Positions 56,086 through 64,000 of a stretch of DNA of 64,000 nt are shown piece by piece. The DNA is from a virus (taxonomy: Duplodnaviria > Caudoviricetes). The position numbers and the translations under genes were made by a program. Position 1 is the stretch's first letter, and each line of letters starts with the position of its first letter. The stretch is from positions 1-64,000 of the IMG/VR virus record IMGVR_UViG_3300044878_000218; one strand, given 5' to 3'. The notes under the pieces are model-generated. The model saw nothing but the letters and a program-made list of their open reading frames with translations, did no database searches and was not told the DNA's origin.

Positions 56086-56309
56086 TAGTACAGCCTCTGC
56101 GCCCTGCTGCGTTGGAGTTTGGCGTGATCGTCGCGGCAGTCCGCATCGCAGAAGCGGTTAGGCTCCGGCAATGGCTCGCTGCAGTTGTGGCAGCTGCCGA
56201 TGTAGGCCAGGGTGTGAACCGGCTTACGGGCGATGCGCAGCTGCTCTTCCAGCAAGCGGTCCTGTTCAACAACTGCCCGGTCTACCGGGTCTGCGTAGTT
56301 CTCGGTCAT
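56085..56309 (-). CDS. TraR/DksA-like zinc-finger protein
   Basis: DPVDRA N-terminal acidic motif; CHNC...CDADC. Confidence 0.7.
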   Translation of the reverse strand: MTENYADPVDRAVVEQDRLLEEQLRIARKPVHTLAYIGSCHNCSEPLPEPNRFCDADCRDDHAKLQRSRAQRLY

Positions 56310-59194
56310 TCGGCTGCCTCCGTTTCCTTCATGAAGTTGTTCATCGTCGTTCCCTTGACCTGCAGTTTCCGGACGTCGATCACAAACACGTCGATCTCGT
56401 TGTTGTTAGGGTGCGGTTCAGTCCGCTCGTAGTACACCTCGCCCTCGATCAGCTGAGTCATCTGCTGGTACTGGCGGATGACCGCCATCTCACCGATGCT
56501 CTTCGAGTAGGCTTGGTAGCGCGGCAGGCAGGACTGCAGGACCAGATAGAGCGAGTCGCCCTGGCGCCAGTAGTGCTTGCCGGCCACCAGCTGCAGACGC
56601 TCGTCGAAGGTCTCGTCGGCCATGATGTTCAGCGCGCCAAGGACGCGGTCAACTTCCGACGCCGACTTGCCACGTTCAACCTCGCTGACGCGGCCACCCA
56701 GGTACTCGATCAACTCTTTCTCGAGCATTTGGACCTCTTCCACGCCACCGACACCGAACTCGGTCATGGTGTGGATCAGCATGTGCAGGCCAGTCAGGCA
56801 GCACTGCATGCCCCAGCGAGGGCGGTCTTCCATGCCCTTGTGGATCAGGTCCGACTTGCTGTGGAAGATCTTCAGCAGCGCGGTTGGGGAGGTCCCCAGC
56901 GCCACGGTGACCAAGGCTCTGGCCATACGCAGCAGCGATGCCTTGTTCTGCACGCAGGTCCGGTAGTTCTCGCGGTAGACCGGGTTCTGCAGCGACTTGG
57001 CCTGCAGGCGGACTTCCACGGAGCGGCTGCGCAGTGCCGGCACGGTGGCCGACTGTTCGCTGGTGTATACCAACGGCGCCGACACGCGGTCTTCACTGAT
57101 GCCTAGCTCGCGGTCCGAGCCGATCTTGCCACGCTGAATAGGCGCATGACTCCACGCGGCCTTCAGGATGCCAACGATCTGGCCGTAGCGGGTGTTGCCC
57201 AGCTGCACCGGGTTCACTTCCTCGATCAGACGCGGGACCGTGGTACTGCTGCTCACATACTTGGTCAGCGGAAACAGCGTGCCGACCTCGACGTTCTGCA
57301 GTTCGGCCTTCGTGTAGTCGATGCCGTTGATCATCGCCATCAGCATAGCCAGGCAGGACTTGCCTGCACCGGCGTTGCCGTAGATGTTCATCAGCGGGAA
57401 CTGTGGCTCTTCGAACTGGATGTGTTCACGGAAGTGGCAGCTGACAAACCAGCCCAGCATCTGCGCCACCTGAACAGGCTCGTTGACCTTGGTCAGCGCC
57501 TTCATCGCCGTGGCCAAGGCCACGTCCTCTGGCAGCGGGTTGCTGCCACCAATCAACGCAGGCGACTGCCGCGCATTGCCGTTGAAGCGGAATGGGCTGC
57601 GGCCACCGAGGCTGGTGATCGCGTTGCCGGCTTCGACGTAGTGAGCGACCGTGCCTTTATCGCCGCGGTCCAGCACAATCCCGCAGACATTCGCACGAAT
57701 CATCTTGTCCAGCTCCTTGTCTTCCGTCTTGTCCCTTGCGAATTTAAGCAGGGCAACCAGTAGTTTTTGGATCTCGCCGTCACCGGCGTACACCGCTGCA
57801 TCACGCCCCTTGACCCCGGAGATCAGGTCACGCTTGGAGCCCCAGGCCCGCTCCGACAGGGAGATCTCGGCCTGCTCTTCCACACCGGATACGATCAGCT
57901 TGCCGATCAGCTCTTTACGTTCGGTGTTGCGCCAGCTGGTGAAGCCCTTTTCGTTGGTGTACGGCTCCAGCTCGAACACCTCCAGCTCAGGCCAGAAGGT
58001 GAAGTTGGTGAGCTGTCGGCTGCTCTCTTCGCCAACGAGGTAGTAGCCCGTGTCATCCCAGCGGATGCGGACCTCGTTGTTGTAGTTGCCGACGGTTTCC
58101 TGCGTGGTCTCGCCGCTGGCCACATCGGCACGGCAGATCGGGCAGGCCCGGCAAGGAGAGCCGATCGAAGCGATCAGCGCGCCGGGGGCAAACTTGATCG
58201 AGCCACTGAAGGTACGGTGCAACTGGCCTTGAACGTGCTTGAGTCGTTCGGTTTCCGAAGGACGGCTGCTCGACTGGACGTTCTTCACGAACGGCCGCAC
58301 CAGCAGCTCCATGTACTCCTTCTCTTCGCTCTTCTCGTAGCGCGCTGCAATGTAGGCAGCCAGTTGCATCGCCGTCTGGTTCCAGTTGGAGCCGTCGGCG
58401 TGGCCTTCAGTGATCAGCTTCTCGATGCAGCCAGGGATGCCGTCCCACTCACGCATGGCTTCCTTGGGCACCACGCAGGCAGCGTTCATCGCACGAACCT
58501 TGCGGGTCGCGGCGACTCGGGCTGACTTGAGCAGCTGCTCAGCCTTGGCGAAGCTGATGTTCTTTCCAGGCTCAGGGCAGTTCAGTGGTGGGCGAGGTTC
58601 AGCCACGATGGCGTGGTAGATCTCGCTGTCCATCTCGGCCAGTTCGTTCGGCGTGGTGCCGACCTTGTAGGTGCCGCTGCCGGGGCGTGGAATGCCCTCA
58701 CAGCGCCACATCCGGCCACGGCCGCAGCTGTATACCGACTCGTCCAGCGTGCACGGCGATTGCAGGCCGGCACCCTTGAGGATGGTCAGCATGATCTCGC
58801 GGTAGATCATCGGCAGGAACTTTGTCGCCTTCTTAATGCCGAACACCTGAGCCGGGATCGTGATGTGCACGCCCTTGCCGCCGGACAGCCAGCAATGAAT
58901 GAAGTCCGACGGGATGTCGAGCTTGTTCATCAGGTAATCGAGGACCGCGTTGACTTCGTGCAACACCTGGTCGATGTCATCAGCGCTGTCAAAGTCCAGG
59001 TACATCGGACCCATGTAGTGGACGGTCTCGATGGGATCGAGCCCATTCTCCGCCACTTCTTCCGGGTTTTGGTCAACCATCAGGACTGTTTTGAACGCAG
59101 GCGGGCCGGAGAGCGTAGCTGCTTGCAGCTGCTCTTCTGTGTACATCCGCCATGGTTCCTTCTTGTCCGGTCTGAACTGAAGGAAGTGATACAT
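56306..59194 (-). CDS. primase-helicase (AEP-type primase plus P-loop domain)
   Basis: YLDFD, SGGKGVH, Cys cluster C...CRACPIC, GNAGAGKS. Confidence 0.85.
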   Translation of the reverse strand: MYHFLQFRPDKKEPWRMYTEEQLQAATLSGPPAFKTVLMVDQNPEEVAENGLDPIETVHYMGPMYLDFDSADDIDQVLHEVNAVLDYLMNKLDIPSDFIHCWLSGGKGVHITIPAQVFGIKKATKFLPMIYREIMLTILKGAGLQSPCTLDESVYSCGRGRMWRCEGIPRPGSGTYKVGTTPNELAEMDSEIYHAIVAEPRPPLNCPEPGKNISFAKAEQLLKSARVAATRKVRAMNAACVVPKEAMREWDGIPGCIEKLITEGHADGSNWNQTAMQLAAYIAARYEKSEEKEYMELLVRPFVKNVQSSSRPSETERLKHVQGQLHRTFSGSIKFAPGALIASIGSPCRACPICRADVASGETTQETVGNYNNEVRIRWDDTGYYLVGEESSRQLTNFTFWPELEVFELEPYTNEKGFTSWRNTERKELIGKLIVSGVEEQAEISLSERAWGSKRDLISGVKGRDAAVYAGDGEIQKLLVALLKFARDKTEDKELDKMIRANVCGIVLDRGDKGTVAHYVEAGNAITSLGGRSPFRFNGNARQSPALIGGSNPLPEDVALATAMKALTKVNEPVQVAQMLGWFVSCHFREHIQFEEPQFPLMNIYGNAGAGKSCLAMLMAMINGIDYTKAELQNVEVGTLFPLTKYVSSSTTVPRLIEEVNPVQLGNTRYGQIVGILKAAWSHAPIQRGKIGSDRELGISEDRVSAPLVYTSEQSATVPALRSRSVEVRLQAKSLQNPVYRENYRTCVQNKASLLRMARALVTVALGTSPTALLKIFHSKSDLIHKGMEDRPRWGMQCCLTGLHMLIHTMTEFGVGGVEEVQMLEKELIEYLGGRVSEVERGKSASEVDRVLGALNIMADETFDERLQLVAGKHYWRQGDSLYLVLQSCLPRYQAYSKSIGEMAVIRQYQQMTQLIEGEVYYERTEPHPNNNEIDVFVIDVRKLQVKGTTMNNFMKETEAAE

Positions 59195-59198
59195 GGCG

Positions 59199-59444
59199 TT
59201 AGTCCTTGGTCATCAGCGCTTCAGAGAGACGTTTGACAAAGGTCTTGCCGTCCTTGTTGAACGCGGTGAAGTCCACGTCCAGCACCAGGCCGCGGTTCTG
59301 CAGGCGCTTCTTGAACAGGGTGATGTTGTAAACCTCATCCGTCTCAACCGCGCCCTCGATCTCGGCGCTGTTGTAGAAGTCAGCCAGCTTGTTGTAGTCG
59401 ATCTGCGTGCGCTGGTTAGGCGCACCTTCGTTGACGACTTTCAT
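59199..59444 (-). CDS. hypothetical protein
   Basis: ORF with AGGAG RBS. Confidence 0.7.
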   Translation of the reverse strand: MKVVNEGAPNQRTQIDYNKLADFYNSAEIEGAVETDEVYNITLFKKRLQNRGLVLDVDFTAFNKDGKTFVKRLSEALMTKD

Positions 59445-59472
59445 GTGAGGCTCCTATGGGCATGGGTCAGGT

Positions 59473-60801
59473 TCAAGCCTTGAACCCGACCTTGTTGATA
59501 AGCAATTCTTGTTGCGGCCGGCTGAACGCCACGTACAAAAGCCGCTGTCTTTCGCTGCGGACAGGGTTGTCCAGCAGGTCTTTGACATCGACCATAACTC
59601 GTTTAAAGGTGCTGCCCTGGCTGCGGTGGACCGTGATGCAGTAGCAATACTTCAGGTCTGCGAACAGGTCTTGAAAGGTGTGAAGCTGCTTCCAGTGCCA
59701 ACCTGCGTTCTTCCCTGTCTTCTTGGCTTCTTCCGCCTTTTCGACCAGCGCATTGCAGTGGCGCCGGAAACGGTCGTACTCGCTTTCATGCAGTACGTGG
59801 GCGAAGACTTGCTTCACATCAGCATACACAGGATTCAGGGTGACCAGCCACGTCTTCCACTTGGTTTCGGTGCCCTCGTCGAACATCACGCTCTCGCTAA
59901 CCGCGGCAACCAGCGACTCTTCGTCCGTGGACAGCACAATGTCGCCGCCCTTCTGGATCGGTTTGCCGGTCACCAGGCGCTCACCGATCTCAAACCGCGC
60001 GGCATTTTTGCCGTAGATTTTGTCACGGATGGCGTTGTTGATGTCGTCGACGCGGCGGTTGCGCCACGCCAGTACCCGGACCTCTTCCAGATCCGTGGTC
60101 AGGTCGAACTGCTCGACCACGGCGTGCAGGAAGTTGGCAGCCTTGACCACCGTGACGTTGTTGGCCGGCACGTAGTTGAAGTCGAAGGTTTCCTTGGCCT
60201 TGATCGCTGCCCGCAGCGGTGCGGTGATCTGCAGAATGCCGTTGGGCGTACCGTCAGGGTTGTTCTGCTGGCGCTCGACCTGGGTCAGCTCAGCGGTAGG
60301 GAAAATGCCGAACGCCTTCGAGGAAGTTTCCTTCACCGGCGGCAGCTGCATGTCGTCGCCCATCATCAGGCAGAAGACGTTGTATTCCTTCAGGTCCGGC
60401 AGGAAGTAGTCGAACAGGAACGCCTCGCCGAGCATCGACATCTCGTCACAGACGACCACGTTGTACTCAGGCAGCACGCTGTCACGAACCCGGGCAGCGT
60501 ACTTCTTCTCCGCCGTCGGCATCAGCGACAGACCCAGCGCACTGTGGGCGGTCTTGAAGCCGATCTTGTCCAGCGGGAGCTTGTAGGAGCGGGCAGCCTT
60601 TTCCAGCTGCTTGACCGCTTTGTTGGTTGGCGCGACCAGCAGAACCTTCAGCTGCCCATCGAGGAGGATGCTGACGATCTCCATCACGCAGTAGGTCTTA
60701 CCGGTGCCGCCCTCGCCAATGATGGTGAAGCCAGGCTTACCTTCCTCATAGGCGTCAAGCGTGCCGTTGACGCCGATGACCTGGCCACTATTGAGTCCCA
60801 T
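59473..60801 (-). CDS. Dda/RecD-like SF1B helicase
   Basis: GEGGTGKT, APTNKA, DEMSM, GDDMQLPPV, TVHRSQGST, YVAFSR. Confidence 0.93.
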   Translation of the reverse strand: MGLNSGQVIGVNGTLDAYEEGKPGFTIIGEGGTGKTYCVMEIVSILLDGQLKVLLVAPTNKAVKQLEKAARSYKLPLDKIGFKTAHSALGLSLMPTAEKKYAARVRDSVLPEYNVVVCDEMSMLGEAFLFDYFLPDLKEYNVFCLMMGDDMQLPPVKETSSKAFGIFPTAELTQVERQQNNPDGTPNGILQITAPLRAAIKAKETFDFNYVPANNVTVVKAANFLHAVVEQFDLTTDLEEVRVLAWRNRRVDDINNAIRDKIYGKNAARFEIGERLVTGKPIQKGGDIVLSTDEESLVAAVSESVMFDEGTETKWKTWLVTLNPVYADVKQVFAHVLHESEYDRFRRHCNALVEKAEEAKKTGKNAGWHWKQLHTFQDLFADLKYCYCITVHRSQGSTFKRVMVDVKDLLDNPVRSERQRLLYVAFSRPQQELLINKVGFKA

Positions 60802-60871
60802 GTTATCACCTTATGACTTTATATGTTTATATGCTTATAGGAAGGCACGATAGTTAATCGTGCCCCCTTGG

Positions 60872-61198
60872 TCAAGATTTCTTTCTGAACATATCTACGA
60901 CCGAGCTATTGACACCAATGTCTACGGGCCGTCGCTCGCGTTGATCCCGATGAGCGTGGAAGAAGGTCACGACAGCGTCGGCTGCCACGTCCCATCCCAC
61001 GTCGTTGTTGATGAGGGTCATGTACTCCACGTAAGGTCCCCTCAGCTGCTCCGCTGTGAAGGACTCGATGCCTGCGTCCGTGAAGTGCTGTTGCAGCGCC
61101 TCCACGAACTTTCCAATCCACCGGGTGTGAGTCGCGGTGGTGCCGATGTCGCCAATTTGCTTGCTGATCAACAGCAGTTCTGCTTTCAAGCGGTCCAC
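60872..61198 (-). CDS. hypothetical protein
   Basis: ORF with AAGGAG RBS. Confidence 0.65.
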   Translation of the reverse strand: MDRLKAELLLISKQIGDIGTTATHTRWIGKFVEALQQHFTDAGIESFTAEQLRGPYVEYMTLINNDVGWDVAADAVVTFFHAHRDQRERRPVDIGVNSSVVDMFRKKS

Positions 61199-61234
61199 TT
61201 CATCTCCTTCAGGGCCATAGGCCTGTGTTGCGGG

Positions 61235-62038
61235 TTAATCGGGAAGGCCTGTCATCAGTAGGGTTCTTGCACGGCTGACCAGTCGAGGGTCGGCCACCTG
61301 CTTGGTGTTCTTCACGCGGGTGGTGAACTGCTCAGGCAGGAACTCGACAGCCTCGGGGAACTGCGCTTCCAGCTGCTTCAGGGTACGGATCGGCAGCAGG
61401 ATCTGCGTCAGATCACTGTGCATGGAGTACGCCGCCTCCAGCACCCCCTTGAACGATTCCATCAGGCGATCGACCTGCAGGCTCAGCTGGTACGCCGCAT
61501 TGGAGTACGGAATCCGCGGGTCTTTCTTGTCCTTCATCTCCACGTCAGGGTGGAAGATGTGACCCAGGCCTTTGATGCTAGGCAGGTCGGCGTGGTTGGT
61601 CTTCCAGCTGTAGTTGTAGTCCCAGCTGCCGGTGTACAGCTCGGTGAAGTTGAGGAACGCGCCCCACTCTTCTGCGACCGCTGATCGTACCTCTTGCCAC
61701 TTTTCCTTCTCGGATTCGCGTTCCTTGTGGCTACCGCCGAAGCCGAACTTGATGATGCCCAGCGAGTTGTTTTCGGTGTTGTTGAACTTGTCGCCTTCCT
61801 TGTTGGTGACGACGTAGATGCTGCCCTTCATGCTGTTGAAGATGCCTTCCTGAATCAGTTCGGCCCAGCGAACCTGTGGCACCTCGGGGATCTTCTGCTG
61901 GATGTGCTTGGCAAACAGCTGGCGCCACAACTTGTCCAGGGCGCGGGCGGCCTTGGCGGTCGACGCTGCCTGGCGCTTCGAGGCATGGCGCAGCATGGCG
62001 TGGATCAGCTGGCCTTTGACTTCCTGGGTAATGTTCAT
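61235..62038 (-). CDS. Nmad5-like protein
   Basis: C-terminal RTLKQLEAQFPEAVEFLP resembles the Nmad5 signature. Confidence 0.6.
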   Translation of the reverse strand: MNITQEVKGQLIHAMLRHASKRQAASTAKAARALDKLWRQLFAKHIQQKIPEVPQVRWAELIQEGIFNSMKGSIYVVTNKEGDKFNNTENNSLGIIKFGFGGSHKERESEKEKWQEVRSAVAEEWGAFLNFTELYTGSWDYNYSWKTNHADLPSIKGLGHIFHPDVEMKDKKDPRIPYSNAAYQLSLQVDRLMESFKGVLEAAYSMHSDLTQILLPIRTLKQLEAQFPEAVEFLPEQFTTRVKNTKQVADPRLVSRARTLLMTGLPD

Positions 62039-62418
62039 GCTGGGTTCCTGTACATGGTGTTGAAGTGGTTGGTGAGCACGGTGTACAGCCGTTCAGGCTG
62101 GGTCACACCGAGCTTGTGGCAGATCTGCGCCTTCTCTTCGTCGGTCCAGATCCGCATCAGCGCCGCCTCTTGTGGCACCTCCCACATGGCGCCGGGGGTG
62201 TAGAGCATGGCGAAGTTCAGCGACTTGCCGACGTTGCCGCGTTGAGGCTTGGTGACCGCGCTGTACATGATGCCCAGCACGATCGCCGTGGTGATGGTGT
62301 GGATGTCCAGCAGCGCACTGGTGGGCTTGAACGGGGTGTCGCCGTTCTTCTCCAGGTGCTCCAGAATGCGTTTCTCCAGCGCTGCGTAGTCAGCGTTGAT
62401 CACAGTTTTGTCGCTCAC
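62035..62418 (-). CDS. stand-alone PolA motif A/B fragment (127 aa)
   Basis: ADYAALEKRILEHL, DIHTITT, VTKPQR..GKSLNFAMLY; own AAGGAG RBS; coupled to both neighbours. Confidence 0.75.
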   Translation of the reverse strand: MSDKTVINADYAALEKRILEHLEKNGDTPFKPTSALLDIHTITTAIVLGIMYSAVTKPQRGNVGKSLNFAMLYTPGAMWEVPQEAALMRIWTDEEKAQICHKLGVTQPERLYTVLTNHFNTMYRNPA

Positions 62419-62819
62419 TTCAGGTACTCCTTACGCACTCGGCGCAGTACGGTTGCATGACTCAGGCCGGGCCAGCCATACAGCCGGGCGGCTCCGTCCT
62501 CGGTGAATTGAATCCACTCGGTCCAGGTGTACGGGTCAGCCAGGCTGATCGAGCGATCAGCGCGGCGTACCAACTTGGCTCGGGTGTCGTCGCCGGTGTT
62601 GGCCGCCAGCAACTCCACGATCCCCGCCTGCGCCGCTTCAGTCAGCGACACCGAGGGGAACCGTGGGTCTTTGGCGAACTCGATCAGGTCCGAGTAGGGG
62701 ATGGATTTCTCCTTCTCCCAGCGGTCAAAGAAGCTCTGCAGCTGCTTCCGTTTCCAGTGGGAGGTGGCTTCCAGCAGCGTCTGGCCAGGGCGAGCCGGCC
62801 AGGTAGGCTGCAAGATCAT
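62415..62819 (-). CDS. hypothetical protein (start uncertain)
   Basis: GC3-biased ORF overlapping the upstream ORF end. Confidence 0.6.
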   Translation of the reverse strand: MILQPTWPARPGQTLLEATSHWKRKQLQSFFDRWEKEKSIPYSDLIEFAKDPRFPSVSLTEAAQAGIVELLAANTGDDTRAKLVRRADRSISLADPYTWTEWIQFTEDGAARLYGWPGLSHATVLRRVRKEYLK

Positions 62820-63363
62820 GTTGACGTTCAACTTCTTGCTCCTCGGTCCTGTTGGGTACGAAGACCCATCCTTGTACAAAAAACCCTTCAGCGATCGGCA
62901 TCACTTCCGGGGTGGTGTCGATCACCAGCATGTCGGCGGCGCGGCTGGCGACCTGCCTGGCCCTGACTCGGGCATCGGCAATCTTCAGCCGGCTCTTCAT
63001 CAGGCCTTCGTTGAGCTTCACCAGCTTGCCCATCGGGTAGGTCTGCGACATCTGCAGTAGCAGGTCGACCTCTTCCTCGTTCAAGCCGGCCGGCGGCTTG
63101 GCGCCCTTCTGCATGTAGTGGACGAGGTTGGCCCGCCAGTGTTTCGGGTCCAGGTGCATGCACTTCATCAGCACCAGCACCTGCTCCACTGACAGCTCGC
63201 CATGTCGAGAGGCGATGGTGACCACGCGGAAGTTGCCGCCGGTCTCGACGTCGACCCGGATCTGAGCGTACTTGGTGGCCTGTTCCTCGCTGTGGAACTT
63301 GCCGCCGGGGGACCAGTACCCCTTGCGGCGCCATTGGACTTGATGGGTGAACGGTTTTCTCAC
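62725..63363 (-). CDS. hypothetical protein
   Basis: ORF with GAGG RBS and GTGA coupling. Confidence 0.65.
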   Translation of the reverse strand: MRKPFTHQVQWRRKGYWSPGGKFHSEEQATKYAQIRVDVETGGNFRVVTIASRHGELSVEQVLVLMKCMHLDPKHWRANLVHYMQKGAKPPAGLNEEEVDLLLQMSQTYPMGKLVKLNEGLMKSRLKIADARVRARQVASRAADMLVIDTTPEVMPIAEGFFVQGWVFVPNRTEEQEVERQHDLAAYLAGSPWPDAAGSHLPLETEAAAELL

Positions 63364-63752
63364 GTCGCCACCTCGAAGATCGCATCCAGGCCTTCGCGCA
63401 GCTGATCCAGCTTCAGCCCCTTGGGCAGCCAGTTGCAGGCGCCGGTCTTCTTCACTTCCTTCAGGGCCAGGTACAGGCTGCGTAGCGGGGCTTCGTAGTC
63501 CTCCGGTATGCCGGTAGGAGACGGGATGTGCAGCAGGCTCTGGACTTCTTGGCGGTCGAACCAGACCACCAGACCCAGCTTCTCCAGCCGGGCGTTGCCT
63601 TTAAGCATGGCGGCTTGATCGAGGCCGACTTCTGTGACAAAGCAGACATCGCTGCTGCCGTCTTTGCGGGCGTCGTACTTCTTCAGCGAGCTGTCGAGGT
63701 TCTGGTAGGTGACACCGTGGTTCATCAGGACAAGGTTCTGCAGACTTTTCAT
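63360..63752 (-). CDS. hypothetical protein
   Basis: ORF with GAGG RBS. Confidence 0.7.
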   Translation of the reverse strand: MKSLQNLVLMNHGVTYQNLDSSLKKYDARKDGSSDVCFVTEVGLDQAAMLKGNARLEKLGLVVWFDRQEVQSLLHIPSPTGIPEDYEAPLRSLYLALKEVKKTGACNWLPKGLKLDQLREGLDAIFEVAT

Positions 63753-63760
63753 GGCGGACC

Positions 63761-64000
63761 TCAGATCACAAGGATGGGTTGGCAGGCTGCCGGGTGGCGG
63801 CCCTTGTTCAGCAGCAGGTCGATGGCTTCCTCGCAGGCTTCCTCATCGCTCATGCGGGAGGTCTTGTGGAACACCACGTAGGTGAAGACCGGCTTTACAC
63901 TTGGGGCAGGGTCCAGTACCGGCTCGAACTTCACCACCTTGGTGAAGCGGGCGCCGATGTCGAAGATCACCTCGAAGTCGCCGTGGCCTGGGTGCGTCTG
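63761..64000 (-). CDS. hypothetical protein, 5' end probably outside the window
   Basis: Open, codon-biased frame ending at 63761. Confidence 0.55.
   Translation of the reverse strand, partial: QTHPGHGDFEVIFDIGARFTKVVKFEPVLDPAPSVKPVFTYVVFHKTSRMSDEEACEEAIDLLLNKGRHPAACQPILVI

Noticed and set aside
1-64000. CRISPR array, integrase/att site, CI repressor, transposase or rRNA
   Set aside because: None recognisable by eye; lifestyle cannot be settled because the genome extends beyond the window

Overview
About 64 kb of a GC-rich lambda-tailed siphophage genome, probably infecting Pseudomonas or a related gammaproteobacterium. The host is inferred from composition, the tRNA, a LexA box and a PelA-like enzyme; it cannot be proved from this window. 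Left end (1-1750): an AT-richer early region with a leftward sigma70 promoter, a ~660-nt structured non-coding leader carrying two boxA sites, and an SOS box inside an inverted repeat. Plus strand (1860-37672): two accessory genes (one with an Acb2-like domain), tRNA-Gln followed by a structured ncRNA, HU, terminase, portal, S49 protease/scaffold, capsid, neck, tail (with a -1 frameshifted chaperone), tape measure, lambda M/L/K/I/J tip, a large tail protein containing a split PelA-like (GH166/GH114) hydrolase, the lysis cassette and a second fibre-like module. A degenerate dUTPase is the only minus-strand gene in that arm. Minus strand (37713-64000): SbcCD, ligase, resolvase, dNMP kinase, exonucleases, a Pol I-type polymerase, ThyX, TerB, two MazG-like proteins, helicases, primase, a TraR-like protein, Nmad5 and a stand-alone 127-aa PolA fragment. 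No integrase, repressor, reverse transcriptase or CRISPR array was seen. The best candidates for new biology are the virion-linked Pel-type hydrolase, the two ncRNAs, and three enzyme- or sponge-derived proteins that may act as decoys (mini-PolA, dead dUTPase, tail-motif/Acb2 fusion). All family assignments come from motif recognition by eye, not database searches.
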